Below are positions 21,459 to 32,250 of a stretch of 64,000 nt of DNA, piece after piece. The stretch covers positions 1,120,001-1,184,000 of the forward strand of contig OZ240241.1 in the NCBI GenBank assembly GCA_965198115.1, in the 5' to 3' direction. The notes under the pieces were generated by a model, which saw nothing but the letters and a program-made list of their open reading frames with translations, had not been told where the DNA came from and ran no database searches. Position 1 is the stretch's first letter, and each line of letters begins with the position of its first letter. A program made the translations under genes and the position numbers. The stretch comes from Candidatus Latescibacterota bacterium. Lineage in GTDB: Bacteria > Latescibacterota > UBA2968.

Positions 21459-21650
21459 CTCATCGTTCGCAATCCCGACGATGACCTCGATGCGATCCCG
21501 GCGGTGCGTGAGCGGAATATCGGACAAGTCAACGCGGAATTCGGCCAAGGCCCGGGCTTTTTCGGCCAGAAACGCATCATCTTTGAACCAATTGTAGATC
21601 GTGGCCCGAGTAACACCACATTTTTGGGCCATAACTTTCGTGTCCTGGCC
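21459..21650 (-). pseudogene. HTH fragment resembling phage terminase-small-subunit-like proteins (phBC6A51 HTH/DUF2280-like)
   Basis: MAQKCGVTRATIYNWFKDDAF..DIPLTHRRDRIE; homologous to 8210-8269. Confidence 0.45.
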
Positions 21651-21654
21651 CGCG

Positions 21655-21762
21655 CAGCTCAACATCTTCAGATAATCGCCACCTTTAGGTGGCGCTTGGT
21701 TTCCAACCGCTTTGAGCGGTTCACAAGTTTTCAAGCCTCCGGCTTTGCCGGAGGTCATGACT
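21655..21762 (+). repeat. Orphan IS200 right end with last tnpA codons
   Basis: Matches ~8797-8904 with two substitutions in the tnpA part. Confidence 0.9.
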
Positions 21763-22342
21763 GAACCAGTCCCTGAGGGAGTGCGAAATGGACGTTCTCG
21801 TCCTCAAGAACCAGTCCCTCTACCTGAACAGATGGTGACAGCTTCAGGTGGTCAACGACGCGCAGAACAATTTCCTCTGGAGCCGAAGCCCCGGCGGTCA
21901 CGCCCACGACCTCAGCATGGCTCAACCACTCCGGCTGGATCTCAGTTTCATCGTTAATGAGATAAGCGGAACCGTCAACCGTTTGAATGACTTCTGTCAG
22001 TCGCTGCGAGTTGGAGCTGTTGCATGATCCAACAACCAAGATGAGATCTGCCTTCTTTGCTAATTGTTTTACGGCATTCTGGCGGTTTTGCGTTGCGTAG
22101 CAGATATCGTCTTTTTTGGGTGACGTCATCTGAGGGAACCGCATTCGTAAGGCCTCAACGATTTGAGCAGTGTCGTCCAGACTGAGGGTAGTCTGGGTCA
22201 GATAGACGACCTTGTCAGGATTGGAGACTTCCAGGTTTTCGGCATCCTGGACGGAACCGACGAGCTGCATAGGCGCTTCGCCCATTGTCCCGTCTACTTC
22301 CTCGTGGCCGAGGTGGCCAATTAAAACCACTGAGTAACCCGT
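21755..22342 (-). pseudogene. ispH: 4-hydroxy-3-methylbut-2-enyl diphosphate reductase, C-terminal part only
   Basis: GH..HEEV.G, TQTTLS, DICYATQNRQ, SSNS, GVTAGASAPE; first two Cys motifs absent. Confidence 0.9.
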
Positions 22343-22459
22343 GACACGGGATCGCAACCCGAGTATAGTCTATCTGTGCAATGAAGAAGCTCCTTGCGGG
22401 CACGAGGAAGAGCGCGCCCGCGATTGCGATGATGACGCCCACCTCGAACGGGTCGACGA

Positions 22460-23420
22460 ACGGTGACGCGGCGTTCCAGGCGGAGATGCTGCAAGGCGTC
22501 GCCCGCAGCTTCGCCCTCACGATTGCACTTCCGGACCCGTTGCGCGACGTGGTGGGCAATGTCTATCTCTTGTGCCGCATCGCGGATACATCGAGGACGA
22601 GCCTGCGCTGTCGCTGCGGCAGAAACGGGCATTCTCGGAGCGCTGGGTCGAGGGTCGGGTCGCCGCGGACCCTTTCGCGCGAGAGCTCGGCGCGTGCCTG
22701 TCATCGTCGACTACCGAAGCCGAGCGCGGTCTGGTCGTCGACGCCGCTCGGGTCGTGGACATCACCCACGGGTTTCGAGCCCGCCAGCGGCGCGCACTTG
22801 AGCGCTGCCTGCGGATCATGACGCGCGGCATGGTCGAGTTCCAGCAGCAGGCAACCCTCACCGGCCTGCAGAACCTGCCCCACCTGGATCGCTATTGCTA
22901 CCACGTCGCCGGCGTGGTCGGCGAGACGCTTACCGAGCTGTTCTGCGACTACTCCGCCGAGATTGACAGGCGTCGCGAGCAATTGCTGGCGCTGTCGGCG
23001 TCCTTTGGCCAGGGCCTGCAGATGACCAATATTCTCAAGGATATCTGGGGCGATCTGCGCCGCGGGGCGTGCTGGCTGCCGCGGAACGTCTTCCGCGCCA
23101 CTGGCTTCGGCCTGCGCACGCTCTCCCCCGGAGAGGCCGACCCGGGCTTCGTCGCAGGTCTGACGGAGCTCGTGGCGGTTACACGCCACCATCTCGCGGA
23201 GGCACTACGGTTCATCCTGCTGATTCCCGCCCCGCGAGACCGGTGTCCGTCGGCACCTGCTGTGGACGCTGTGGCTCTCCGTACTGACGTTGCGACGCCT
23301 CCACACGACGCCCTCGTTCCGCAACGGTCAGGAGGTAAAGCTGTCGCAGTCGAGCATACGGTCGGTCATCCTCCTGACCAGCCCTGACTTGGTCGGACAC
23401 CGCCCTGAGGCTCCTTTTCG
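22460..23420 (+). pseudogene. Squalene/phytoene synthase-family (SQS-like), frameshifted
   Basis: GVARSFALTI, YLLCRIADT/IEDE, YCYHVAGVVG, LQMTNILKD; frameshifts ~22588 and ~23235. Confidence 0.85.
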
Positions 23421-23546
23421 GGGCGACGACCCGCGGCCTGCCCCCCGCCGAGTCGCCACGTGCGTGAGCTGGCCGAGATGTGCCGAAGACTCCGTCGCTC
23501 CCGCCGTTCTCATGCAGCGACGTGCTCTCAGCGCGGAGCACGGTGA

Positions 23547-24839
23547 TTAGAAGTTGTAGCTCAAACTGACATCAAAGAAGCTGTCGTGTCGCATGTTGTA
23601 GTGAAGATCCGCTTCGTCTACGCCGAGAAGACCGACCGCTTCCGCCCGGAGGGACCATCGGTTCGAGATGCGCCGCCCGAATTCGACAGACAGCGTGCGT
23701 GTGGCTCGCCGCGCGTCAACCACCACGCCGACGGTAAGCTCAGTGCTCTGGATATCGTTGAACGCAATGCGCGCGGCAAAGAAAATGTCGTTCTCGAGGG
23801 GGACGGGCGAACGGCTCGGTGTCGCGTTCGGGCCGCGGCTGTCGTAGCTCCACTCTCCCACCAGACTGAGGTCGGCGTCGTCGCCCGCGACCGCATAAAG
23901 CGTGTGCTCCGCACCGAGCACAGTCGCGCCGTAGGCCTGCTCCCGTCCGATGAGATTGAGCGCGCCCGCGCGTTGAATCGCCTCCGCCTTGAGCAGCCAT
24001 GACCCGACCGTCAACTGGGCGTCCAGGCCGAACTGGCGGATCTGCCCGTAGTACTGAATCAGGGCCGGCTCGCCATCGACCTCGCCGCCCGGCAGCAGAA
24101 ACGGCTCCCGGCTGGTGCCGTCGAATATGCTGACGCCAAGATCGAGAGGGCCCAGGCTGTGACTGTATCGTGACGCGAAATCGAGATGCCATTGCCCGGC
24201 CGAGCTCTCATACTGGACGTTGTCGTGGTCGATGACGAGCGGCAGGCGGAGGCGCCCGCGCCTCCCCGGAAAGGTGCGTGCGCGGTGGTAGGACATTCCA
24301 AGCACTTCAATCGTACCCCAGTCCCCGAACCAGGTGACGTGCGCCATGGGTTGCCCCAGCTTGACTTCTCCGTTCGGATGCTCGACGAAATCTACCTGAT
24401 TGACCACGTCCACCAGACGCTGCGATTCGGTGACGCCCCAGGACACTTGGCCTAAGCCCAAACGCACCTCCCAGCCGCCGTCGCCAGCATCCCCGAAGAG
24501 CAGCAGATAGGTTTCCCGAAGATCGAAGTGGGTGCGCCGCGGATCCGCATGGTCGTAGCGAAAGAACGGCGTCAGCGTGAAGCTCCGGCCGTCGGCATTC
24601 TCCACGTGGAGTGTAGGCTCGGCGACGAAGCCGCTCGCCAGCGAGCGCTGGCCGGAGAAGGAGGTCTCGGCGGGAAACGCGCGGCTCTCAGCGCTCAGGC
24701 GCCCCGAAAGCTCGACCTTTATTTGCGGCGCCTCAGCTTCATTGTCGCCCTCGCCGGGCCGGGCCGCGACGGTTGACATGGAAGCCGCTATCCAGGTCGC
24801 GCCGAACGCTACGCGACCAAGTGCGGCTCCGAATCGCAT
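23547..24839 (-). CDS. Outer-membrane beta-barrel protein (partner of LolA-like/MMPL clusters)
   Basis: Signal peptide, WGVTES..LVDVVNQ.D, KLGQPM, C-terminal LSYNF; TGATG coupling to the upstream gene. Confidence 0.8.
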   Translation of the reverse strand: MRFGAALGRVAFGATWIAASMSTVAARPGEGDNEAEAPQIKVELSGRLSAESRAFPAETSFSGQRSLASGFVAEPTLHVENADGRSFTLTPFFRYDHADPRRTHFDLRETYLLLFGDAGDGGWEVRLGLGQVSWGVTESQRLVDVVNQVDFVEHPNGEVKLGQPMAHVTWFGDWGTIEVLGMSYHRARTFPGRRGRLRLPLVIDHDNVQYESSAGQWHLDFASRYSHSLGPLDLGVSIFDGTSREPFLLPGGEVDGEPALIQYYGQIRQFGLDAQLTVGSWLLKAEAIQRAGALNLIGREQAYGATVLGAEHTLYAVAGDDADLSLVGEWSYDSRGPNATPSRSPVPLENDIFFAARIAFNDIQSTELTVGVVVDARRATRTLSVEFGRRISNRWSLRAEAVGLLGVDEADLHYNMRHDSFFDVSLSYNF

Positions 24840-25669
24840 CACCGAGCCCTTCGCAGGCTCGTTTGTGTGAAATCGCTTTCTTTGAGGCCGGTTCCGAATC
24901 GGTAATCGGCCCAGGTCATCACCGTGCTCTTGCCGGTCAGGTGATTCTCCATCGTCATCTGGCCCGGTCGCCAATACCGCTCCAGGGACCGCGTGTAGTC
25001 CGTGAGAGTGAGCGTCTTCAGGTGGTCATCCTTGCGGTCGTAGTACTCGATCTTCCGGATGCGAAGCTCGTCCCGGTCGTGCCAGACCAGTTGGCGGCGA
25101 TAGTTCGACCTCCTGACCTTCGGAACGCGTTCCGTGACAGTGCACGTCGAGGTGCCGCACGGCTCCTCTCGTAGGAATCGATAGGTGAACTTCTCCACTT
25201 CCGGAGAAGTCAGGTCCTCGTATGCGAACTCGCTGCCCATGAACGATCCGGACCGGTTCGCCGAGCTGATGCGCTTCACGCGTCTCAGCGCCGGCAGATA
25301 AATCCACTGATCGTCAGCGTCTTCACGGTGAGCGTGAACCAGAAACGCGGTGCCGCGAACGTCACGGGGATCATCGAAAACGAACAGGCTCCTGTCCCCG
25401 TCGTCGGGCACCTCGAGAACCTGCACATGGAGTTCGCGACGGCTCTCCTGCCCCCGCCCGTTGCGCAGCACCATGACCTGCCGGGCGGTGAAGTCGCTGA
25501 AGCCTCTCTGCCGAGCCCGAGCGTCCTGCGCGATCGCCCGGCCGATCTCCTCCGGAGTGTCGTTCTCCGCGTGCGCCCGCTCCGTCCCGCCGATCCACGC
25601 TACGATCGCCAGGCACAGCGTGAAGAGCAGGAAAATCGGTCGCGCGTCGCTGTATAAAGTCATCAACAA
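24839..25669 (-). CDS. Outer-membrane lipoprotein-sorting protein (LolA-like)
   Basis: PRDVRGTAFL, DDQWIYLPALRRVKRISS..SGSFMGSEFAYED. Confidence 0.9.
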   Translation of the reverse strand: MLMTLYSDARPIFLLFTLCLAIVAWIGGTERAHAENDTPEEIGRAIAQDARARQRGFSDFTARQVMVLRNGRGQESRRELHVQVLEVPDDGDRSLFVFDDPRDVRGTAFLVHAHREDADDQWIYLPALRRVKRISSANRSGSFMGSEFAYEDLTSPEVEKFTYRFLREEPCGTSTCTVTERVPKVRRSNYRRQLVWHDRDELRIRKIEYYDRKDDHLKTLTLTDYTRSLERYWRPGQMTMENHLTGKSTVMTWADYRFGTGLKESDFTQTSLRRAR

Positions 25670-25779
25670 GCCTCCAGATTATCGCTGAACTGTCGCCGGT
25701 AAGCCGGCGAATGTAAGCCGCCGGCCCAGCTCCGCCCCTCGCGCCCCGCCCGCGCAACGCATCCACCGATGTCGAGCGT

Positions 25780-25809
25780 ACCTTACGCACACGCACCAAC
25801 CGCTGTCAA
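25780..25809 (-). promoter_or_regulatory. Possible sigma70 promoter for the LolA-like gene
   Basis: TTGACA-N18-TAAGGT on the minus strand. Confidence 0.3.
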
Positions 25810-26116
25810 CCATGCACCAATCTTCCCCACGAAACCGACCGTGTTCCGGGCGCCGGCCCGGAATCCGCTGTGGTGTTGTCTCTTGCCGCGTCGGCGGTCG
25901 AAGCCTGCGGGCCGGAGCGAGTTGCAATTCGAGCAGGATGCGAAGAGGGGAATGAAGCTGCGGCCGATCTGCCGAGCAGTTCCGGCCACCCTGCGAGACC
26001 AAGAGACTGCGGCTACCGCGCGTGGACCCGTTCGTTGACCTCGTTCTGCGCTACAGATGGCTTTACCCCCGCTAAACGAATACCACGAAACTTTGCCTTG
26101 ACGGAACATGTGCTGT

Positions 26117-28420
26117 TCATGGTCTCCTCCGGTCGATGGCCATCAACAAAGGCGGGAGGAGTAGGAAATCGGCGAAGAGTGCGAAGATGAGCGTGATCGC
26201 AACCAGAAGGCCGAGCGCCCAACTGACCTCGAATCCCGATGCAGCGAACACTAGAAAGCCCAACGACAAGACCACCGTCGTGGTCCATAGTGCTTGACCT
26301 ACGGTGCGAAAGGCGGAGCGAACGGACTCGGGCGCCGGGAGGCCCTCGCGGCGGGCTTTCTGATATTTGCTCAGAAAATGAATGGTATCATCCACGATAA
26401 TACCAAAGGCGACGACGGTGACCACCGAGGAGGCAATACCCACACGGCCGACCAGATAGCCCCACAGACCGAAGCTCATGGCCGCGGGGATAAAATTGGG
26501 CAAAAGGCTGATGAGGCCAAGGCGTATGCTTTTGAAAACCCCGATCAGAATGAGCGAAATGAGGACCATAGCGATGATCGTGCCACGCAGAAGGCTGTCG
26601 ATGTTTCGTTGGGAAATGTGAGCGAAGATCATACTGATACCCGATGCCGCGGTCGCCAGGTTGGGCGCATTGGCGAGGAGCCAAGCCTGCGCGCGCGCAT
26701 CCAGCTCGCGCTGTTTCCGAGCCGACGAACTGCGGACCACGGCGGTCATGCGCGTAGCCGACTTGGCGACGTCAATGCGGTTGTTGAGGTCACTTCCGAA
26801 CGGAAGCGAAAGCTCGTAAAGCAACAGATATTGCGCAGCGAGCTCTGGATCGGCAGGTAAGCGATAGAAGGCTGGGTCGTCGCCGTGCATGTTCTTGTTC
26901 AGACGTTTCATGATGTCCGAAAAGGCTTGCACATGGGTTACTTCGGGCTGCCCCCGGTACCATTCGGCGAAATCATCGACTGCGCGCAGATAATCGGGAT
27001 CGGCGATGCCGCCTTCTCTCCCCGCTTTCAGCGAGTATTCCAGCGCATTCAAGCCGGTCAGGTTTTCGATGACGAAGTTCGTATCGCGCCGGAACTGGTA
27101 ACGCTCATCGAAATACCGTGTCCAGTTGTCGCTCAGTTCATTGCGAGGAATGCCCATGACCAGAGCGCCTGCCAGAAGGGCGGCAGACCAAAACAGGAAT
27201 GTGCGGCGTGCGATGACGAAGGTAGCGAAACGGTCGAAGAAAACAGGCGGTCCAGCACGGACCAGAGGCGCGCGCAATGGCAGGATCGAAAGCAACGCCG
27301 GCAGGAGAGTCATGGAATAGACGAAGGCGCATGACACGCCAAACGCCACGAGATTGCCCAGGACGTGAAAAGGCGGCGAATCCGAGGCATTCAGGCTGAG
27401 AAACCCGATCGCCGTCGTGAGCGAGGTGAGGAATACCGGATAGGCATTACTGCGAAGAGATTCCGCAATCGCCGCATTCCTGTCCAGGCCATTCCTCATA
27501 CCCAGCAAAGTAGCCGCGACAATGTGGACGGAATGCGCGACGGCGATCGCCATGACGATGAGCGGTACGCCGGCATTGGTGGGGCTGAACGCCGTGCCGA
27601 TCCAGCCGGCGAACCCCATAGTGGTGTTGATGACGAACACAAGCACGACAACGATGGACAGGGTGCCGAATACTGAGCGCAGGAGAAAGGCCGCGGCGGC
27701 TACGATGATGAAAAACATGATCGGTGCGAGGGTCCGAATATCGTCCTGGGTGGCGTCGGCGAAGGCGCGGTTCATGACAACGTCGCCGGTCAGGTAAAAG
27801 CCGATGTCCGGATGGTCCGTTCGCGCCTGATCCAGGAGGGCGTTGAAATAATCGGTAATCTCGATCACCGCGGCGTCCAGATTTTCGGGCAGGACAAAAT
27901 TGATCGCCAACCCGCCCACGCGTCCGTCATGGGAAACCATCCGCCCGGCAAGATCGGGCGCGCTCAGCGCGACCCTCTCGATTCGCGCCAGATTGGCATC
28001 GCTCAGCGACTGGGCGTCTTCGACCAGCGGTTCGACGATCAAATCGTCCCCGAACGCCTCGCTATGGGAATAGTTGGTGAGGGCGTCAACTCGACTGGAA
28101 TAAGGCGCGCGCCACGCGGCTTCGGTCAGTTCCTCAATGGTGCCAAGCGTCTCGCGGGTAAACACCGAACCCTCCCGCGGCGCGATGGCAATCAGTACTG
28201 TATTGGACGCGGAGTAAGTGTTCTCCAAGGAGTCGAAAGCGGCAAGTTGCGGATTGTCTTCACCGAACAGAATACGGTAATCGTTCGTAACGACGATGAA
28301 GCGGGCACCCCCCGTCATGACCAGCATGAGCAGCGTTGCGAGCGAAGCGACCAGCCACCGACGGCGCAGAATGGCGGCAACGTAGCGGTTCAGTACAGGA
28401 GTCATGGCCTTGGCCATCAC
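26117..28420 (-). CDS. MMPL/RND-family transporter
   Basis: Two TM + loop + 5TM repeats; LTSLTTAIGFLSL, GIIVDDTIHF. Confidence 0.93.
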   Translation of the reverse strand: MMAKAMTPVLNRYVAAILRRRWLVASLATLLMLVMTGGARFIVVTNDYRILFGEDNPQLAAFDSLENTYSASNTVLIAIAPREGSVFTRETLGTIEELTEAAWRAPYSSRVDALTNYSHSEAFGDDLIVEPLVEDAQSLSDANLARIERVALSAPDLAGRMVSHDGRVGGLAINFVLPENLDAAVIEITDYFNALLDQARTDHPDIGFYLTGDVVMNRAFADATQDDIRTLAPIMFFIIVAAAAFLLRSVFGTLSIVVVLVFVINTTMGFAGWIGTAFSPTNAGVPLIVMAIAVAHSVHIVAATLLGMRNGLDRNAAIAESLRSNAYPVFLTSLTTAIGFLSLNASDSPPFHVLGNLVAFGVSCAFVYSMTLLPALLSILPLRAPLVRAGPPVFFDRFATFVIARRTFLFWSAALLAGALVMGIPRNELSDNWTRYFDERYQFRRDTNFVIENLTGLNALEYSLKAGREGGIADPDYLRAVDDFAEWYRGQPEVTHVQAFSDIMKRLNKNMHGDDPAFYRLPADPELAAQYLLLYELSLPFGSDLNNRIDVAKSATRMTAVVRSSSARKQRELDARAQAWLLANAPNLATAASGISMIFAHISQRNIDSLLRGTIIAMVLISLILIGVFKSIRLGLISLLPNFIPAAMSFGLWGYLVGRVGIASSVVTVVAFGIIVDDTIHFLSKYQKARREGLPAPESVRSAFRTVGQALWTTTVVLSLGFLVFAASGFEVSWALGLLVAITLIFALFADFLLLPPLLMAIDRRRP

Positions 28421-28522
28421 CGACTGCGAACGGCGAAGAACTCACCGACTCGAATGAACGGCGCGATCGACACAGCCAACTGTAGATAACTTCGTTGCAT
28501 CTGGCTAACTCCCTGTTCTCTT

Positions 28523-29683
28523 TTACCAGGGGCTCGATTTCGATGTGTCTACGTGGTCGGGCATCCTGTAACTGATTCCGTCGTCGTCGTACACCGAGAT
28601 TTGGAGAAGCTGAGTAAAATTTCCTGATCTGAGCAGTTGGCTGCTCTTCAGAAATCGCTGAAAACGTTGTTTCATCCGGTAACCGAACAGTGTTCCCAGC
28701 GTACTGGTCTTTGGAAACTGAAACTGGTCAGCGATTTTGTTTCCTATGAGTGCACGTGAAAGGCGGTAGGCCAAAATTGTCAACTCTTTCTGTTGAACTG
28801 GATCTTTTATATCCGCAACTGACGGAATGGCCTGGATCAACAGATTCGCCACGGCTATCGAATCGGCATCCGGTGGCGGCTCGCACATATAGCTGAGCCT
28901 GTATATTTTTTCTGCATCCGCGCCGTTGGTATATAGGATGGTTTCAGGTATCCCCATGAGATAGCCGGTGTAGCGCCAGACATCAAGAACACTCTTTTTT
29001 TCTTCCTGGTTAAAACTCGCGCCCACCAACATCGAGTATTCCAACAGGCGCTTGGAAAAGACGGAGATGGCAAAACCCAGGTGCGCCGCGCTTACCGGCA
29101 TGCCCCAAGTTTCGTGATTCCAATCGTCGGATTTCGCCAGCAGGCTCCTTATCTGAGCATGGATGAAGCGAATGCGCGTGGATAGCTTCCATCCATCGCC
29201 ATCTCTTTGCAAGCCGCCGGGGAAAAATATATCCATCATGTGACGGTTGTTCTGCTGGAGGCGTCTTTTGGTGGATGCCACTCGCCCGGTGATTCTGAAA
29301 GACTTGGCGATAAGCGTCGAAAAGCCTTCCACCAGCACCCCCGTAACGAACGCGACGAGCATGAGGTCTACATTTGCGTGGAAGGCGCGAATCCCTGGAC
29401 GAAAGGCTTCGTAGTCGAGCCAGGAAGGAGTTTCAGAGTCCAGTTTGTCGAAGACATCGCGCAGGACCTGCGGCGCAGCACGCAGAATCTCATACCGCTG
29501 CTCTATGCCAGCCCCGACGAACCGGTGCAGGTCACTACGAGGCAACGAGGCGAGCTCCTCCATCACTGGGTCCAGCATAGGATCACCCATGGTGGTGTGC
29601 TTGATATAATTGTCGGCAAGTTCTTGATCGTAGAGGCGGGCTTTCCGATAACCCTCAACGTACGCCAAAGGTGATCTTAGCAT
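28523..29683 (-). CDS. MpaB/Lcp (DUF2236, rubber-oxygenase-like) heme oxygenase-family protein
   Basis: GDPMLD N-terminus, RIRFIHAQIR heme His, WGMPVS, WRYTGYLMGI. Confidence 0.85.
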   Translation of the reverse strand: MLRSPLAYVEGYRKARLYDQELADNYIKHTTMGDPMLDPVMEELASLPRSDLHRFVGAGIEQRYEILRAAPQVLRDVFDKLDSETPSWLDYEAFRPGIRAFHANVDLMLVAFVTGVLVEGFSTLIAKSFRITGRVASTKRRLQQNNRHMMDIFFPGGLQRDGDGWKLSTRIRFIHAQIRSLLAKSDDWNHETWGMPVSAAHLGFAISVFSKRLLEYSMLVGASFNQEEKKSVLDVWRYTGYLMGIPETILYTNGADAEKIYRLSYMCEPPPDADSIAVANLLIQAIPSVADIKDPVQQKELTILAYRLSRALIGNKIADQFQFPKTSTLGTLFGYRMKQRFQRFLKSSQLLRSGNFTQLLQISVYDDDGISYRMPDHVDTSKSSPW

Positions 29684-29698
29684 TTTTCAATCTCCCGA

Positions 29699-32250
29699 TG
29701 ATCTTCCCCCAAACTTAGTGCATGGTTTCATAAACATTATTACGTATGTTCTGAACATTATTTGTAGCTTATGTTCTCCTTCAAAAGGAGGAGAACAATG
29801 CCAAGACGTTCGCCTTATGTGGTGCTACTGTCTGAGAAGGAACGGGTCGACCTCGAGCGAATGGCTGGACAATATACGTTACCGTATTATCAAGTGATCC
29901 GATCGAAAATCGTGCTTCTCGCCGCCGAGGGATTATCCAACAAGATTATCGCCCAACGGTTGGATGTCCCGCGTCCGATCGTAAGCAAATGGCGTAAGCG
30001 CTTTTTCGAAGAGCGTCTTTCGGGACTCGAAGATAGATCTCGTCCCGGGCGCCCGCCCGGTTTTCCCCCCTCAGGTGGTCGTTCAGATCAAGGCGCTGGC
30101 GTGTGAACTACCGAGCGAGAGCGGGATACCGCTCTCGCGGTCCAGCTGTTCCGAGATTGCCGCCGAGGCAGTGCAAAGGGGCTTCGTTGCCAAGATCAGC
30201 GGCGCCACTGTCTGGCGCTGGTTGAACGAGGACGCGATTCGTCCTTGGTATCATCGCTCCTGGATTTTCCCACGGGACCCGGACTTCCAAACCAAAGCAG
30301 GTAGAGTCCTTGATCTGTATCACCGCCAATGGCAAGGAAAGCCTTTAGGGCCGAGGGAATATGTACTTTCTGCCGACGAAAAGACCAGTATTCAAGCACG
30401 AGCTCGCAAGCACGTTACCCTACCGCCAGCCTCGAACAGAGCGGCACGCGTTGAAACACGAATACGAGCGGAAAGGAGCCCTGGCCTATCTGGCTGCTCT
30501 CGACGTGCACAATGGTCGAATCTTCGGTCTCTGTGAGTCTTCTTCGGGTATCGAGCCCTTCAACCGGCTCCTGAGCCTGATCATGAGCCGGAAACCCTAT
30601 TGCTCGGCAAAGAAAGTCTACCTCATCGTGGATAATGGCTCCTCGCACCGAGGGCAAACATGCATCGACCGTATCCAGGGGAAGTGGCCAAACATCCACC
30701 CCGTTCACCTTCCGATCCACGCAAGCTGGCTCAATCAGATCGAGATCTACTTCTCGATCCTCAAACGCAAGGCTCTGACACCTATCGAATTTGCATCGCT
30801 CGAAGAGCTTGAGGCAAGAATCCTCGGTTTTCAGGAACGCTACGGACGTATCGCCACACCCTTCAAATGGAAGTTCACACGAACAGATCTCGCGGAGATG
30901 ATCGACAAACTCAGGTTCTACGATACGCCCTTGGCAAAGTCTGCTTAGAATACGTCACCGTATTTGAGAACAGGAGTACTAAGTTCCGACTTCCAGAGTG
31001 AGGAATTGATCGAATTATCCCCGCCGTCGTGACTGTGGGAAAGTGGGAAACTCGAAGAGTTTTCCAAGGTCGCGGAGCGACCGGCTTTTCCACAGCCCCT
31101 CTCGCCCACCAAACGGAACTGCTCTGGACTGTGAAAGTCTAGCGAACTGTGGGGACGGACCGTGTTGTAGTGGATCCGCCAGGCCTCGATGCTGCGTCGG
31201 GCATCGGCGAGATCGACGAACCAGTGTTCGTTCAGGCACGCATCGCGGAACTTGCCGTTGAAGCTCTCCACCAGCGCGTTCTGAATCGGCTTCCCAGGCT
31301 GGATGAACCGCAACTGGACGCCGGTTTGCTGGGACCAGAGGAACATCGCCTTGCTGGTGAACTCCGGCCCGTTATCGGTGACGATGGCTTCTGGACGAGC
31401 CCGTTGCAAGACCACCTGATCCAGGAAACGACTGACGCGTTCGCCGGAAATCGAGAAATCCACCATCTGGCCGATGCATTCCCGGCTGTAGTCGTCTACG
31501 ACGTTCAGAATGCGGAAGCGCCGCCCCGTCGCTAGCTGATCCGACATGAAGTCCATCGACCACCGCTGATTCGGTCCGCCTGGAATCGGCTTGGGAACCC
31601 GGTCGCGTGCCGGCAGGCGTTTCCGCCGCTTGCACCGGACCTGGAGCCTCTCCTCCCGGTAGATTCGATACGTTTTCTTCTCGTTCACGACCAAGCCCTC
31701 CGTCTTCAACATTCCGTGCAGCATCTGGTATCCATACCGTGGGAACTCCGTTGCCAACGCTTTGAGCCTCTCCCGAAGAGCTGTATCACTTCCACGACCA
31801 GGTTGGCAACGAGCCACCGATCGGTGAACTCCGATGAGTCGGCAGGCCCGTCGCTGGCTCGACTTTCCCAGCTCGACCAGATGGGCGACAGCTCGGCGGC
31901 GTGCAACAGGCCCTACCAGTTTTTTGACAGCAGTTCCTTTAGCGCAGCGTTATCCAAGTGCGCTTCGGCCAGCAACTGCTTCAGCTTCCAGTTCTCGGTC
32001 TCGAGTTCCTTCAGCTTCTTCGCCTTCGACACCTGCATCCCGCCGTACTTCGACCGCCACCGGTAGAACGTCTGCTGCGTGATCCCATGTTTCCGGCAGA
32101 GGTCCTGGTTCTTGGCTCCTGCCTCGGATTCCTTCAGAATCGCAATGATCTGTTCTTCGCTGAATCGCTTCCGCTTCAAGGTGAGTCCTCCTGGGTCTTT
32201 TTACCGGAAAACTCACTCTCGAAGTGGACCGTTTTATGGGGGGAAGGTCA
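29699..32250 (-). mobile_element. IS3-family element (IS407-like) with 4-bp target duplication, containing a nested IS630
   Basis: CCGA at 29695-29698 and 32251-32254; IRs TGACCTTCCCCC / TGATCTTCCCCC; orfA 31913-32179; orfB with WSMDF, TDNGPEF, QNALVESFNG. Confidence 0.9.
29716..30981 (+). mobile_element. IS630-family element, TA-flanked, frameshifted transposase (29798-30948)
   Basis: HTH + DEKT, VDN..H, ASWLNQIE; TTTTCCCCC slip-type site ~30061; extra frameshift ~30440. Confidence 0.9.
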
